A DNA stretch of 64,000 nt from Eledone cirrhosa. Lineage: Eukaryota. The position numbers were made by a program, and so were the translations under genes. The notes beneath the pieces were generated by a model. That model was not told the origin of the DNA. It saw only the letters and a program-made list of their open reading frames with translations, and did not search any database. The stretch covers positions 20,026,001-20,090,000 of the forward strand of contig OZ024753.1 of NCBI GenBank assembly GCA_964016885.1, read 5' to 3'. This document shows positions 24,929 through 38,711 of this stretch, in pieces; position 1 is the stretch's first letter, and each line of letters starts with the position of its first letter.

Positions 24929-25699
24929 AAAAAAAAAAACTCACTTATTGACACTTATACATACGACATACACACACGCGCATACGGATGCGCGCACACA
25001 CATGCATACATACGCGCGCACACAGCAACACTCATAGATACAAACAAACACACACACGCTACTCACTTACACACACACACACATATATATATATATATTA
25101 TATATATATTACCAGCATTACTGATACAAGATTACAAGATTATGTCAACTGTTGACTTTCAAGATTTTGTATAGTTGAAGCCGTTCGTATTACAGTCCAG
25201 TATTATTATAATTGCTTTAAGGCATAGAGATATGGCTCTCCACGCTCTGAGCTTAAATCACGCCGAGGTCAACCTTGCCTTTCATCCCCACGGAGTCAAC
25301 AAAAGAGAGTACCAGTAATGCGCTGGACCAGTGGCTGGATCCGTGCCAAAAGCAGAATAAATATTATTATTAAAAATGTTTTCTTAAGGCCATGTCGCTG
25401 GTGATGGTGATGGCGGCGGTGGTGCCGGTGGTGGTGGTGGTGGTGGCAGTTGATGTTGTTGTTGTGTTGTGTGCGTGTGTGTGTGTGTGTTTTGTTATTT
25501 TGAGTTTTTTTGTTTGTTTGTGTTTTTTTTTTTTAATCGTTTGATGCCGCTGTTGTTGTAAATGTTCATTTCAATTCATTCTGAAGCTGTTGTTATATGC
25601 ATGTATGTATGTATGTATGTATGTATGCATGCATACATACATACATACATACATACATACATACATACATACATACATACATACATACATACATACATA

Positions 25700-28600
25700 A
25701 TTCCATCAGTCAACGCGATCAATCGCATATTTTGGCGTGGGAGACTATTTATTAAATTTAAGATGAATACTATCTCCGACAGTAATGCCACAACTACAGC
25801 CAGGTTGAATAACTGGTTATTCTTCTAACTATCCCTTCTGAAGACAACCTTTTATTCGAATTCGTAGAGATATCCGACTAAATACATAATTCATTTTACA
25901 AGGATTTGCTACAAACAGCATGGTTGAACACAATATCAATAAGAAAATTAAGGAAGTATCGAAGACAAATAACAAAGAAGGTGATCAAACTTTATTCACT
26001 TGTAGCTACTGAAGAAACCGAAATTATAAATCGCATTTCTCTTGGAGTTGCGAACTTAATAATGATTTATTTAATTGTTATAAAATGGCAAAAAAATCCT
26101 TCCATTGGCTATATGAATAGAATGAAGCTACACTGGGACGAAATGCACCCAGAGCTAAATTATTTCACAGCGAAACAATTGCGCCAACAACAGATAAATA
26201 TTATTAATTATAAGTCGCCCACAACAAACATGGAATCAACAACACGTGCTACACATCGCCATGCTACTAGACTTCCTAGCAGCCAGGTCGAACAGCGCCT
26301 TGAAACAACTATGCCTGTAAGAAACTTGACACCACCTGTACCATCTAAGTCTACCTCGATTGCTGGGGAAAAACACTATCGATAAAATTAATAATCGAAG
26401 AAATAATAATAATAATCGAATAAATGTGACACCACGTATACCATCCGAGTCTACCTCGACTGTTGTGGAAAATACTATCGATAATTGTTTCTACTTTTGG
26501 CACAAGGCCAGTAATTACCCAGTGCATTACCCTGGTACTTTATTTTATCGACCCCGTAAGGATGAAAGGCAAAGTCAACCTCGGCGGGATTTGAACTCAG
26601 ATCGTAAAGGGACGTAACTATGCTGGAAAGCATGGCGTCCGACCCTCTACTGATGCTGCCAAATGATAATCAAAAGTATAAACAATTGAAAATTTCTCTC
26701 AACGAAATCTTCCAGAGAAAAAATTAAGTCATGTACAAATATCTCTCTGGCTGAATGTGTTAAAATGACAATGGTGAATAAAAAACCAAATAATGAAATA
26801 CTACGTGTTATTGACGAAATAGGGGATGAATATTTACGACGGATAAAAACCCCGACATTTTGGCAAATCAACGCCTGTTTATATGCCTTAGCAATGACAG
26901 TGAAGCATTATCTTGGTGATAGCAGAGATATTAACAAGAACAAAACACCACCAAAAATACCATTATATATAACTAAAATAGAAAAAAAGAGTGCTGACCT
27001 ACGAAAAAACATAGGACATGTGATAATGCTCTTTACATGAAAACAAACACAAAAAAACCTCACTCCTTACCAACAAAGAGTGAAAAATAAAATAGAGACG
27101 ATGTTTGGTAACAGTAGAACCAGAACTCTCCAATATAAGCTGATCACCCTCAAACAAGAATTGAGAACTGTTAGCGAAAAACGCCGATACCTGAAGAAGG
27201 TAGATGAGAGAAAAATGCTTAATAAAAGATTCAGACGAAACCAAACTTCAGTCTATAGAGATATGAAGGGCAAAATAATAAGTGTCACTGAGGCCCCATC
27301 CCAGAAAGACATAGATTCCTTTTGGAGAAAAAATATGGGGTGAAAAGAAGAATTTCAACCAAGATGCAGTGTGGCTAAGAGAAATCTGAAAGAACTATTG
27401 CTCCTAAACTACAACAAAAACATACGAAATAAGTGAGGGTAGCCTTGAAACTGTGATAGGAAAACTCTAAGATAAGAAAACACAAGGAAGAGACATGATT
27501 GTCGGCTACTGGTACAAAAAACTAATATTCTATCGGAGGTATCTTACTGACCTCTACCAACAAGTTCTTAAGGGAGATACACTTATACCAGAATGGTTGA
27601 CATTAGCACAAACGTTACTGGTCCCCAAGAACAATGACACCCACTTGGCAAAAAACTAACGACCCATTCCATGCCAGAACCTGATGTATAAGAGGTATAC
27701 AGCCTGCCTCAAACTATTCCTCCAAGATCACTGTGAAAATGATAACATCATCACAGATGAACAAGCAGCTGGAAAGAAAAGGGTTTGGGGATATGCTGAA
27801 CAACTCCTAATCAACAAAACTGCGATGTCGGAGGTGCGACAACTTAGTAGGAATATGACTACAGTCTGGCTGGACTACAAGAAAGCTTTCGATTCTGTTC
27901 CCCACTCTTGGATGATAGAGGCCCTCCAACTTGCTAAAGTCCCAGACATTATTGTCAGAGCCATAGAGAGGCTGTCTTCTTCTTGGGCTACTATCCTAAG
28001 GTTAAAGACAGAGAGGGAGGACTCTATTTTCACTGATAAAATAAAATATTGCAGGGGTATTTTTCAGGGGGACAGTCTCTCTGTGATATTGTTCATCTTG
28101 TCATTAAACCCGTTGCCCTTTCTGCTCAAGAAATGTGAGGCATACATCATTGGCTCAGAGGAGGACTAAAATACAAATCTAACCCATAACTTCTTTGTGG
28201 ACGATCTGAAACTCTATGCCAAGAACATGGATGGGATGAAGAAAAATCTTGAACTGGTTAAAACGTTCTCAAAGGATATAGGAATGGAGTTTGGCCAGTA
28301 TAAATGCTCATACATGACTGTAAAGCGGGGGAAAACAACAACCCAATCTAGCAACATTGTCATCAATGGTCTAACTGTTTCACCGGTATCTGATGAGGAC
28401 TGATACAGATACCTGGGGATAGATAAGAACATATCATATAAGGGTATATGTAATAACGAACGCGGAACCAGGGAATACTACACCCGATTAAGAAAGATCT
28501 GGTCATCGGAACCCTCTGAGCAAAACAAAACAGTGGCTCACAGTGTGTTTCCTGTGCCTGTCCTAACACCAATGTTTGGAATACTCAATTGGACGATAGA

Positions 28601-30000
28601 TGAAATCCGAGCAGTTGATGTTGGAACTCGAAAAATACTGAACAACACCGGAACCTTCCACATCAACAGTGACATAGGCCGCCTATAGTTCAAACGTAAG
28701 CAGGGAGGCAGAGGCCTAACATCAGTGCAGACAACATTTGAATGTCGCATCATATGTCTCCGACAACATCTACGAACCTCGAAGCGTAGGAGCCCGCTTC
28801 TCGAGCAAGTCTATCTGCATGAAACAGATAAGATCATGAGAGTTGGGAAGGAACTCCTTGAGAGATATTCCATGTGTGATAATCAAAAACTCACACCCCG
28901 GGATGTCGCTCAGCAGTATCGCAGTGAATCTATGGATAAAAAACTGCATGCCTATCAGCAAAATATCATGCATGGATATGTTGCCAGGAAGCTCCAGAGT
29001 AAGAGTAATATAGATAAGGAAAGTAGTCTATCTTGGACCAACAACTGCTATATTGGCTCCCACTTTGAAGGATATGCTTTTGCAATCCAAGAACAGTAGA
29101 TTAACACGAAATACCTGATTCACAAAAGAGATAGGGATGCAGGCAAAACACCTAGATGTGATAACAAGTGCAGACACTGCAGAACTAACATCGAGGATAT
29201 CACCCATGTGATCAGCAGCTGTCCAAAGATGTCATCGCGGTACTATCTACCTATGAGGCATGATGTAGTGGCCAAAACACTGTACAATGCAGTTCTTAAA
29301 AAAGATAGCCCCGATAATAAACACATTAAAAGCTACAACAATGTGGAAGACATCCATGTACATAATATGAAAGAGTACTGGTGGAATGTTCCAGTAAAAA
29401 CCCCAATAAAATGCAGGCATAACAGACCAGATATTATGATATGGGACAGGGAGAAGAAAACATGTACAGTAGTGGAAATTAGCTGCCCAGCAGATGCCAA
29501 TATTATATCAAAGATTAGTGAAAAGGAGAATAGTTATTCAGAACTGATGAGAAATCTGCAGATACTCCACCCTGATTACACCTTCAGATGTATGCCTGTG
29601 ATTATTGGGGCACTGGGATATGTTAGTAACTGCCTCGATACAAATCTTGAGAAGCTAGGCTTTCAAAGGAACAGAAAGAACACAACTAGTTAGGAAATTA
29701 CAAGTACAATCCATTAATGGAACAGTACAAATATGTAAAACATTCCAAACATTTTGCATCTAATAACTGCATATACACATGTACAGATACAAAGCATATA
29801 CACATGCACACATACAACTCAAAACATCCACATCCACACATACAATAACATCCATATCTACACATGCATGCATGCAGGCATACATACATATCTACCTAGT
29901 TGATGTTATGTAAATTCCAATGAGAGAGTCTTGTGTCTATGTTAGAAACCGACTCTCTCTCTATTGGTAAAACTTTGTGAAATTATAAAACCAGAAGAAC
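25700..30000 (+). mobile_element. R4/Dong-type non-LTR retrotransposon, full length, inactivated
   Basis: N-terminal WDEMHPE..KQLRQQ; RT EQAAG, WLDYKKAFDSVPHSW, GIFQGDSLS, FVDDLKL; CCHC CRHC..EDITHVISSC; RHD; RLE RPDIM..VVEISCP; (CATA)n on both flanks; many stops. Confidence 0.93.
26481..26661 (-). mobile_element. SINE family 1 inserted into the Dong copy
   Basis: Absent from the homologous site in the next copy (actatcgataatgataatcaa at ~30820-30840). Confidence 0.9.
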
Positions 30001-30051
30001 ATACATACATACATACATACATACATACATACATACATACATACATACATA

Positions 30052-33000
30052 CAACGCGATCAGTCGCATATTTTGGCGTGGGAGACTATTTATTAAATTT
30101 AAGATGAATACTATCTCCGACAGTAATGCCACAACTACAGCCAGGTTGAATAACTGGTTATTCTTCTAACTATCCCTTCTGAAGACAACCTTTTATTCGA
30201 ATTCGTAGAGATAACCGATTAAATACATAATTCATTTTACAAGGATTTGCTACAAACAGCATGGCTGAACACAACATAAACAAAAATATTAAGGAAGTAT
30301 CGAAGACAAATAACAAAGAAGGTAAAAAAATTGTATTCAGTTGTAGCTACAGAAGAAACAGAAATTATAAATCGCATTTCTCTTGGAGTTGCGAACTTAA
30401 TAATGATATATTTAATTGTTATAAAATGTCAAAAAAAATCCCTCAATTGACTATATGAATAGAATAAATCTACACTAGGACGAAATGCACCCAGAGCTAA
30501 ATTATTTCACAGCGAAACAATTACGCCAACAAGCGACGTTTGTTGAACGTAAAAATAAGATAAATATTATTAATTGTAAGTCCCCCACAACAAACATGGA
30601 ATCAACAACACGTGCTACAGATCGCCATGCTACTAGACTTCCTAGCAGCCAGGTCGAACAGCGCCTTGAAACAAGTATGCCTGTAAGAAACTTGACACCA
30701 CCTGTAATGCTGGGGGAAACACTATCGATAATAATAATAATCGAAGAAATAATTATAATAATCGAATAAATGTGACACCACGTATACCATCCGAGTCTAC
30801 CTCGGATGTTGTGGAAAATACTATCGATAATGATAATCAAAAGTATAAACAATTGAAAATTTCCCTCAACGAAATCTTCCAGAGAGAAATTAACTCATGT
30901 ATAAATATATCTCTTGCTGAACGTGTTAAAATGACAAACGTGAATAAAAAAACTAAATAATGAAATACTACATGTTATTGACGAAATAGGGGATGAATAT
31001 TTACGACGGATAAAATCCCAACATTTTTGCAAATCAACGCCTGTTTATATGCCTTAGCAATGATAGTGAAGCATTATCTCGGTGATAGCAGAGATATTAA
31101 CAAGAACAAAACACCACTAAAAATACCATCATATATAACTAAAATAGAAAGAAAGAGTGCTGACCTACGAAAAAAACCATAGGATATGTGGCAATCCTCC
31201 TTACATGCAAACAAACACAAAAAAACCTCACTCCTCACCAACAAAGAGTGAAAAATAAAATAGAGACGACGTTTGGTAATAGTAGAACCAGAACTCTCCA
31301 ATATAAGCTGATCACCCTCAAACAAGAATTGAGAGCTGTTAGCAAAAAACGCCGATACCTGAACAAGGTAGATGAGAGAAAAATGATTAATAAAACATTC
31401 AGACGAAATCAAACATCAATCTATAGAGATATGAAGGGCAAAATAATAAGTGTCACTGAGGCCCCATCCCAGAAAGACATAGATTCCTTTTGGAGAAAAA
31501 TATGGAGTGAAAAGAAGTATTTCAACCAAGATGCAGTGTGGCTAAGGGAAATCCGAAAGAACTATTGCTCCTACACTACAACAAAAACATACGAAAGAAG
31601 TGAGGGTACCCTTGAGACTGTGATCGGAAAACTCCAAGATAAGAAAACACCAGCAAGAGACATGTTTGTCGGCTATTGGTACAAAAAACTAATATTCTAT
31701 CGGAGGTATCTTACTGACCTCTACCAACAAGTTCTTAAGGGAGATACACTTACACCAGAATGGTTGATATTAGCACAAACGTTACTGGTCCCCAAGAATA
31801 AAGACACCCACTTGGCAAAAAACTACCGACCAGTTGCATACCAGAACCTGATGTATAAGATGTATACAGCCTGCCTCAACCTATTCCTCCAAGATCACTG
31901 TGAAAATAATAGCATCATCACAGAGAACAAGCAGCTGGAAAGAAAGTCGTGTGGGGATGTGCTGAACAACTCCTAATCAACAAAACTGTGAGTCGGAGGT
32001 GCAACAACTTAGGAGGAATATGACTACAGTCTGGCTGGACTACAGGAAAGCTTTCGATTCTGTTCCCCACTCTTGGATAATAGAGGCCCTCCAACTTGCT
32101 AAAGTCCCAGACATTATTGTCAGAGCCATAGAGAGGTTGTCTTCTTCTTGGGCTACTATCCTAAGGTTAAAGACAGAGAGGGAGGACTCTATTTTCACAG
32201 ATAAAATAAAATATTGCAGAGGTATATTTCAGGGGGACAGTCTCTCTGTGATATTGTTCATCTTGTCATTAAACCCCTTGTCCTTTCTGCTCAAGAAATG
32301 TGAGGGATACATCATTGGCTCACAGGAGGACAGAAATACGAACCTAACCCATAAATTCTTTGTGGACGAACTGAAACTCTATGCCAAGAACATGTATGGG
32401 ATGAAGAAACATATTGACTGGTTAAAACGTTCTCAAAGGATATAGGAATGGAGTTTGGACAAGATAAATGCTCATACATGACTGTAAAGCGGGGAAAAAC
32501 AACAACCCAATCAAGCAACATTATCATCAATGGTCTAACTGTTTCACCTGGGGATAGATGAGAACATTTCCTATAATGGTATCTGTAATAAAGAACGCGT
32601 AACTAGGGAATACTACACCCGATTAAGAAAGATCTGGTCATCAGAACCCTCTGCGCAAAAAAAAACTGTGGCTCACAATGTGTTTGCTGTGCCGGTCCTA
32701 AAACCAAAGTTTGGAATACTCAACTGGACGACAGGCGAAATCCGAGCAGTTGCTGTTGGAGCTCGAAACATTCTAAACAACACCGGAAACTTCAACATCA
32801 ACAGTGACATAGACCGCCTTTACTTGAAACGTAAGCAGGGAGGCAGAGGCCTAACATCAGTCCAGACAACATTTGAATGTCGCATCATATCTCTCCGACA
32901 ACATATACGAACCTCGAAGCGTAGGAGCCCGCTTCTCGAGCAAGTCTATCTGCATGAAACAGATAAGATCATGAGAGTTGGGAAGGAACTCCTTGAGAGA

Positions 33001-34037
33001 TATTCCATGTGTGATAATCAAAACCTCACACCCCGGGATGTCGCTCAGCAGTATCGCAGTGAATCCATGGATGAAAAACTGCATGCCTATCAGCAAAAAT
33101 CATGCATGGATATGTTGCCAGGAAGCTCCAGAGTGAGAGTAATATAGATAAGGAAAGTAGTCTATCTTGGACCAACACCGCTATATTGGCTCCCACTTTG
33201 AAGGATTCGGTTTTGTAATCCAAGAACAGGAGATTAGCACGAAATACCTGATTCACAAAAGAGATAGGGATGCAGGCAAAACACCTAGATGTGATAACAA
33301 GTGCAGACTCTACAGAATTAACATAGAGGATATCACCCATGTCATCAGCAGCTGTCCAAAGATGTCATCGCGGTACTATCTAACTATGAGGCATGATGTA
33401 GTGGCCAAAATACTCTACAATGCAGTTCGTAAAAAAGATAGCCACGATAATAAACACATTAAAAGCTACAACAATGTGGAAGACATCCATGTACATAATA
33501 TGAAAGAGTACTGGTGGAATGTTCCAGTAAAAACCCCAATAAAATGCAGGAATAACCGACCAGATATTATGATATGGGACAGGGAGAAGAAAACATGCAC
33601 AGTAGTGGAAATTAGCTGCCCAACAGATGCCAATATTATATCAAAGATTAGTGAAAAGGAGAATAGTTATTCAGAACTGATGAGAAATCTGCAGATACTC
33701 CACCCTGATTACACCTTCAGATGTATGCCTGTGATTATTGGGGCACTGGGATATGTTAGTAACTGCCTCGATACAAATCTTGAGAAGCTAGGCTTCACAG
33801 GAACAGAAAGAACACAACTAGTTAGGAAACTACAAGTACAATCCATTAATGGAACAGTAAAAATATGTAAAACATTCCAAAATTGTTGCATCTAATAACT
33901 GCATATACACATGTACAGATACAAAGCTTATATACAAGCACACAAACAACTCAAAACATACACATCCACACATACAATAACATCCATATCTACACATGCA
34001 TGCATACATATCTACCTAGTTATGTAAATTCCAATGA
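30052..34037 (+). mobile_element. R4/Dong-type element, second near-full copy, head-to-tail with the first
   Basis: Same domains (ORFs 31188-31976, 31999-32445, 33167-33895); separated from copy 1 by ~50 bp of (CATA)n; lacks the last part of the 3'UTR. Confidence 0.93.
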
Positions 34038-34077
34038 TACATACATACATACATACATACATACATACATACATACA

Positions 34078-34109
<32 letters not shown>

Positions 34110-34364
34110 CATGTGTGTGGGTAAGTATTATGTATTTCCTGTCGATGATTTTGATTTTACTTCATTAGTATTATTAACGCCATTTTGGTTTCCGTTGTTG
34201 TTTCGTCCAAAGTCAGACATAATTGAACATTCCTCCCACCTTGGACTATTTAACCACCTATCATTGTATCACGTGATATTACTACTAGATTCTTAAATAT
34301 GTCTATCACTCCAATGTTGCTGATATATGAACACAATTTGTATGTTCTTTCTAACATATTGACC

Positions 34365-34515
34365 CACCAGTATTTAACTGGTACCTTAATTTATCGACCC
34401 CTGGAAGGATGAGAGGCAAGGCTGGACTGGACGGAATTTGAACGCAGGTCGTAGAACATCATAACTAAATACCACAAAACACTCTACTCGATGCTCTACC
34501 GATTACAACCTATCC
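34365..34515 (-). mobile_element. SINE family 1, old diverged copy
   Basis: actggtaccttaatttatcgacccctggaaggatgagaggcaagg..ggaatttgaac. Confidence 0.7.
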
Positions 34516-36580
34516 AATAATTTCATTTATTTCTCGCTAATAATAGTAATAAAATGTGTAAGATGATTAACAAGGAAAAGCAATAACAATAACGGTATCA
34601 ATAATTATAATGACTATGATAACGGTACACTAATGATCGATATTAATAACATCAAACATTAGAATTATTATTATCATTATTACTATTATCGTTATTATTA
34701 TTATTGTTATTATTATCCACATCATCACCTCCATCATTAATATATGTTATTATAAAATACACTATCTTACAATTTGCACCCCCCATGTTGCCTAAGTGAT
34801 GATTTCCTCTTTTTGTTTTTCTTTTGAAGTGTCTAGCAGATTCATATCTAAATAGCTACGAGAAAGGAAGAAAATATTATTTATTGTCATTAAAACACGT
34901 TTATAAATGTGATAATGAATATTCTCTGATTCTGTGATTCGACCCATGCAGCCGTTAGGATATTTATTGACTTTTTAATGAATTTCAGTCATTGAATATC
35001 TTCAATATCAACAAAATAAATCCGACTAGGAAACCACCAACATCTGTCTAACGTCGTGGTTGGTTACGACATATCTGATGATTACCGACTGGGAGAAATC
35101 TGGTACCCCCATACCTCAACAGAAAGAAGCGAGGTGAATATTCTCAGATTAATTCACAGCAGACAATCGACAGGGGTTTCAAAACCGCCAACAAAAGTTG
35201 AAACGATCTATTGAGAGATACAACTGACCATTGTCATTGGAGCACCTTAGCTGCCTCATCTGCCCCAACACGTAGGAGTTTCTAAGTCTAAGTATGATAC
35301 TTTGAATAATAGTTCAATGCGGTGTATCGTTGTTTGTGACATAAGTCTTGCACGTTGATCATTAGAAGAGACCCGCGATATCCATCTCCTGGTCTAGTCC
35401 GTATTTCTATCACAAAATACAGAAGATAAGAGGGAAAGAGTCAGACACTACGTGACTACTGGAGCTGCTAGTAATGACAAAGGAATACCTCACAAATTAC
35501 ACTCTGGTGATGATTGACCCTCCGTCGATTTCAATGATGATCTTTCAAACATTCGATAAATTGAACGTTCCATTTATGAAATAAGATAATATGTAAATAG
35601 TTGAGTATTCCACAGTCACGTGAACCATTACCGCTAATTCTAAGACAGAATCTGAGTTACACAATTTGTAACCGGGTCCAAATCTTTGAATTACGGGTAG
35701 GGCTTCCACACAGTTTCCGTCTACCTGATTTCATTTTCAAGCTTTGGCTCGAGCCGATGTTAAGATAATGCATGTATGGCTTTCGTTAATGAAGCAACAG
35801 TGTAAACCTTTCTTTCGTTAATGAAGCAACAGTGTAAACCTTTCTTAAGATCTGGACTGTGATAACGTGAAATATAACCTTTTTCTCTGCAATATCACGC
35901 TCTAGTAAAAATCAATAATTTCTCACAATCCTAACTCCAAGTACACTTCATAGATACATACACCACTTTCGTTAAAACAAAATATAGTATCTTACAGCAG
36001 AATAGTTAAAATATAAGGGACAATGAGTTATTTGTTGCATTCTTCTCTTTATCTGAGTTCATATCACGCGGGAACATTTTGCCTTCATCGTTTTATCGGA
36101 ATACTGGAGCATTGGAAAAGATGGGTGACGATAAATGTTTCCATTTCGTAGTTTCCGAGTTCAAATATTGCAACCAGAAAACGTTTCATTTTTATTTTTT
36201 TTAAATTGGACGTAATCGCTGACAGGAGAGGAAAGACATTAATGATGAGACCGAGTATTTCAGAAGTTCCAGTTTGGTATATTGGTAGAACACTGACGAT
36301 TGCTCTACCAATATACAACATTCTCACCATACTAGTGTCCTCGTTCAAGCTTTTTTTTCATCACTCCGATCCGTTTCTCCTACATATGTTATATTCATAT
36401 TTCAACATTATTTTACAGATTCAGCTGGCCATAAATCAAAATATCACACATCACCAAAGTAATATTAATTATAGATACTAATCAATCATCTATTTGCCGT
36501 CATACGAACACATATTTGCCATGTTATATATATATATATATTCTTAATGTTATATGTCTCTCTCTCTATCTATATATATG

Positions 36581-36650
<70 letters not shown>

Positions 36651-36772
36651 TTCTATTCAATATAGTATATATATATAATACATTCTATTATATATATATA
36701 AGTTCTATACAAATAGAACTCACAACATTAAGTTCTAGTTTGAATATGTCACTATCTCTAAACCAACTTTTG

Positions 36773-36995
36773 TATTTTATCTGATGAGGGCGCACCAAAA
36801 TGTTGGTACCCTTGAAATATATATATAATTGTTTCTACTTTTGTCACAAGGCCAGCAATTATCCCAGTGTATTACTGGTACTTTATTTTATCGACCCCGT
36901 AAGGATGAAAGGCAAAGTTAACCTCGGCGGGATTTGAACTCAGCCTGTAAAGGGACGTAACTGTGCTACAAAGCATGGAGTCCGACAATAAAATA
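36773..36995 (+). ncRNA. Type I hammerhead (family P5) interrupted by a SINE
   Basis: TATTTTAT-CTGATGA-stem II-GAAA-TATATATA.. then SINE 36826-36986, then stem I partner ATAAAATA. Confidence 0.7.
36826..36986 (-). mobile_element. SINE family 1, slightly 5'-truncated
   Basis: Core, B box and tail. Confidence 0.9.
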
Positions 36996-37058
36996 AATAT
37001 GGTTTTATAAAGATAGCTTCCATTTATTAATATTATACATATATATATATATATATAT

Positions 37059-37317
37059 ATAATATATAAGATCAAAAGATGGTTAAAAGAGTTCCATGTA
37101 TTTTATTATGCGCATTTCAAAAACAAATATCATCATGCAATAACATTTGCATTTTAGTCAGATAAAATATGAAATGCGCATAATAAAATACATGAAACTC
37201 TTTTAACCATCTTTTGATCTTATATATTATTTATACTCCAGTCCTACAAACTGTAGAGTCCTTCTTATCCGATATCTGCATTGTTTTATTGTACGACAAT
37301 AAAACTCACCTCCTACA
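37059..37317. mobile_element. Family P4 fold-back element
   Basis: Arms 37059-37119 / 37170-37230; ends AATAAAACTCACCTCCTACA + (TA)n. Confidence 0.8.
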
Positions 37318-37377
37318 TATATATATATATATATATACGATATTAACAAATGGAAACTATATTTATAAAACCATATT

Positions 37378-37442
37378 TATTTCATTATACATATTTCAGG
37401 GATACCAAATTAAATTATGGTATGCCTTCATCAGACAAAATA
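37378..37442 (-). ncRNA. Type I hammerhead ribozyme, family P5
   Basis: ATTTTGT-CTGATGA-AGGcATACCA..TGGTATcCCT-GAAA-TATGTA-TA-ATGAAAT. Confidence 0.85.
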
Positions 37443-37661
37443 CAATATATAACAGTTTTACAAATAAGCTTTGACGTACCCTTTTAAAATGCAACCATTA
37501 TTTTTGGAAGCCATCTGGATAGTGAATTGTTTATATTATTTTAATAAGTATAAGTGTTATTAAAATAATATAAACAATTCACTATCCAGATGGCTTCCAA
37601 AAATAATGGTTGCATTTTAAAAGGGTACGTCAAAGCTTATTTGTAAAACTGTTATATATTG

Positions 37662-37726
37662 TATTTTGTCTGATGAAGGAATACCATAATTTAATTTGGT
37701 ATCCCTGAAATATCTATAATGAAATA
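37662..37726 (+). ncRNA. Type I hammerhead ribozyme, family P5
   Basis: ATTTTGT-CTGATGA-AGGaATACCA..TGGTATcCCT-GAAA-TATCTA-TA-ATGAAAT. Confidence 0.85.
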
Positions 37727-37880
37727 AATATGGTTTTATAAATATAGTTTCCATTTATTGATATCGTATATCTACTCCAAATACTTGTCGAGTGCTTTAT
37801 ATCAGTTATAAAAATATTTACTTGTTGTATCCCAACAATTTTAAATAGAACTTTTGCATATATATATATATATATGTGAA

Positions 37881-38092
37881 GGCGTGTGGCTGAGTGGTTA
37901 GAGAATTGGATTCGCAATCGTAAGGTTGTGAGTTCGATTCCCGGACCAGGCGATGCGTTATGTCCTTGAGCAAGACACTTTATTTCACGTTGCTCCTTCT
38001 ACCTGGAGTTGCGACCGATAGATAGTATTAGCAATTGGAAAGACCAACGGAAACATTGTTCCCTCGGTCCGATTTGACGAAAGTCGATCGTT
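37881..38092 (+). mobile_element. tRNA-derived SINE family 2 (CORE-like)
   Basis: A box TGGCTGAGTGG, B box GAGTTCGATTCC, core TGTCCTTGAGCAAGACACTT; copy at 50892. Confidence 0.88.
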
Positions 38093-38229
38093 CCTATATA
38101 TATGTAGGAGGTGAGTTTTATTGTAGTACAATAAAGCAATGCAGATATCGGATAAGAAGCACTCTACAGTTTTTAGGACTGGAGTATACATAATATATAA
38201 GATCAAAAGATGGTTAAAAGAGATCCATG

Positions 38230-38300
38230 TATTTTATTATGCGCATTTCAAAAACAAACATCATCATGCAATAATATTTGTATTTTCATCAGATAAAATA
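38230..38300 (-). ncRNA. Type I hammerhead ribozyme, family P4
   Basis: TATTTTAT-CTGATGA-stem II-GAAA-TGCGCA-TA-ATAAAATA. Confidence 0.87.
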
Positions 38301-38418
38301 GGAATACATGATATGAAGGTTAAAAAACACTTGTGAATAGTGCAGTTTTAAATCAACATATGTTGATTTAAAACTGCACTATTCACAAGTGTTTTTTAAC
38401 CTTTATATCATGTATTCC

Positions 38419-38489
38419 TATTTTATCTGATGAAAACACAAATATTATTGCATGATGATGTCTGTTTTTGAAATGCGCATAATAAAATA
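38419..38489 (+). ncRNA. Type I hammerhead ribozyme, family P4
   Basis: TATTTTAT-CTGATGA-AAACAcAaAT..ATgTcTGTTTTT-GAAA-TGCGCA-TA-ATAAAATA; perfect 8-bp stem I and intact core. Confidence 0.88.
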
Positions 38490-38517
38490 CATGGAACTCT
38501 TTTAACTATCTTTTGAT

Positions 38518-38558
<41 letters not shown>

Positions 38559-38622
38559 TCAATCACTCTCATTCTCTCTTATCTCTGTGTCTATCTCTAA
38601 CTTCTTACATCATATGATATAC

Positions 38623-38664
<42 letters not shown>

Positions 38665-38666
38665 CT

Positions 38667-38711
<45 letters not shown>

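Larger units (their letters stand above)
37334..37770. mobile_element. Family P5 palindrome, ~214-bp arms with a 9-bp spacer
   Basis: Centre ttaataa-gtataagtg-ttattaa at ~37552; one hammerhead per arm. Confidence 0.9.
38103..38526. mobile_element. Family P4 element with a zero-spacer palindrome (38193-38526)
   Basis: Centre CAACAT|ATGTTG at 38359/38360; ~167-bp arms; P4 terminus on - at 38103-38190. Confidence 0.9.

Noticed and set aside
28390-28420. CTGATGAG hammerhead-like word in Dong copies (also ~48142, ~55628)
   Set aside because: Lies in RT coding sequence with no stem II/GAAA/stem III arrangement
35030-35480. CTGATGA..GAAA at ~35075 and a faint RT-like peptide (DWEKSGTPIP)
   Set aside because: No stem I pairing; protein similarity too weak to call without a search
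37881-37955. tRNA gene
   Set aside because: A/B boxes are the head of a repeated SINE with core and tail; no proper cloverleaf
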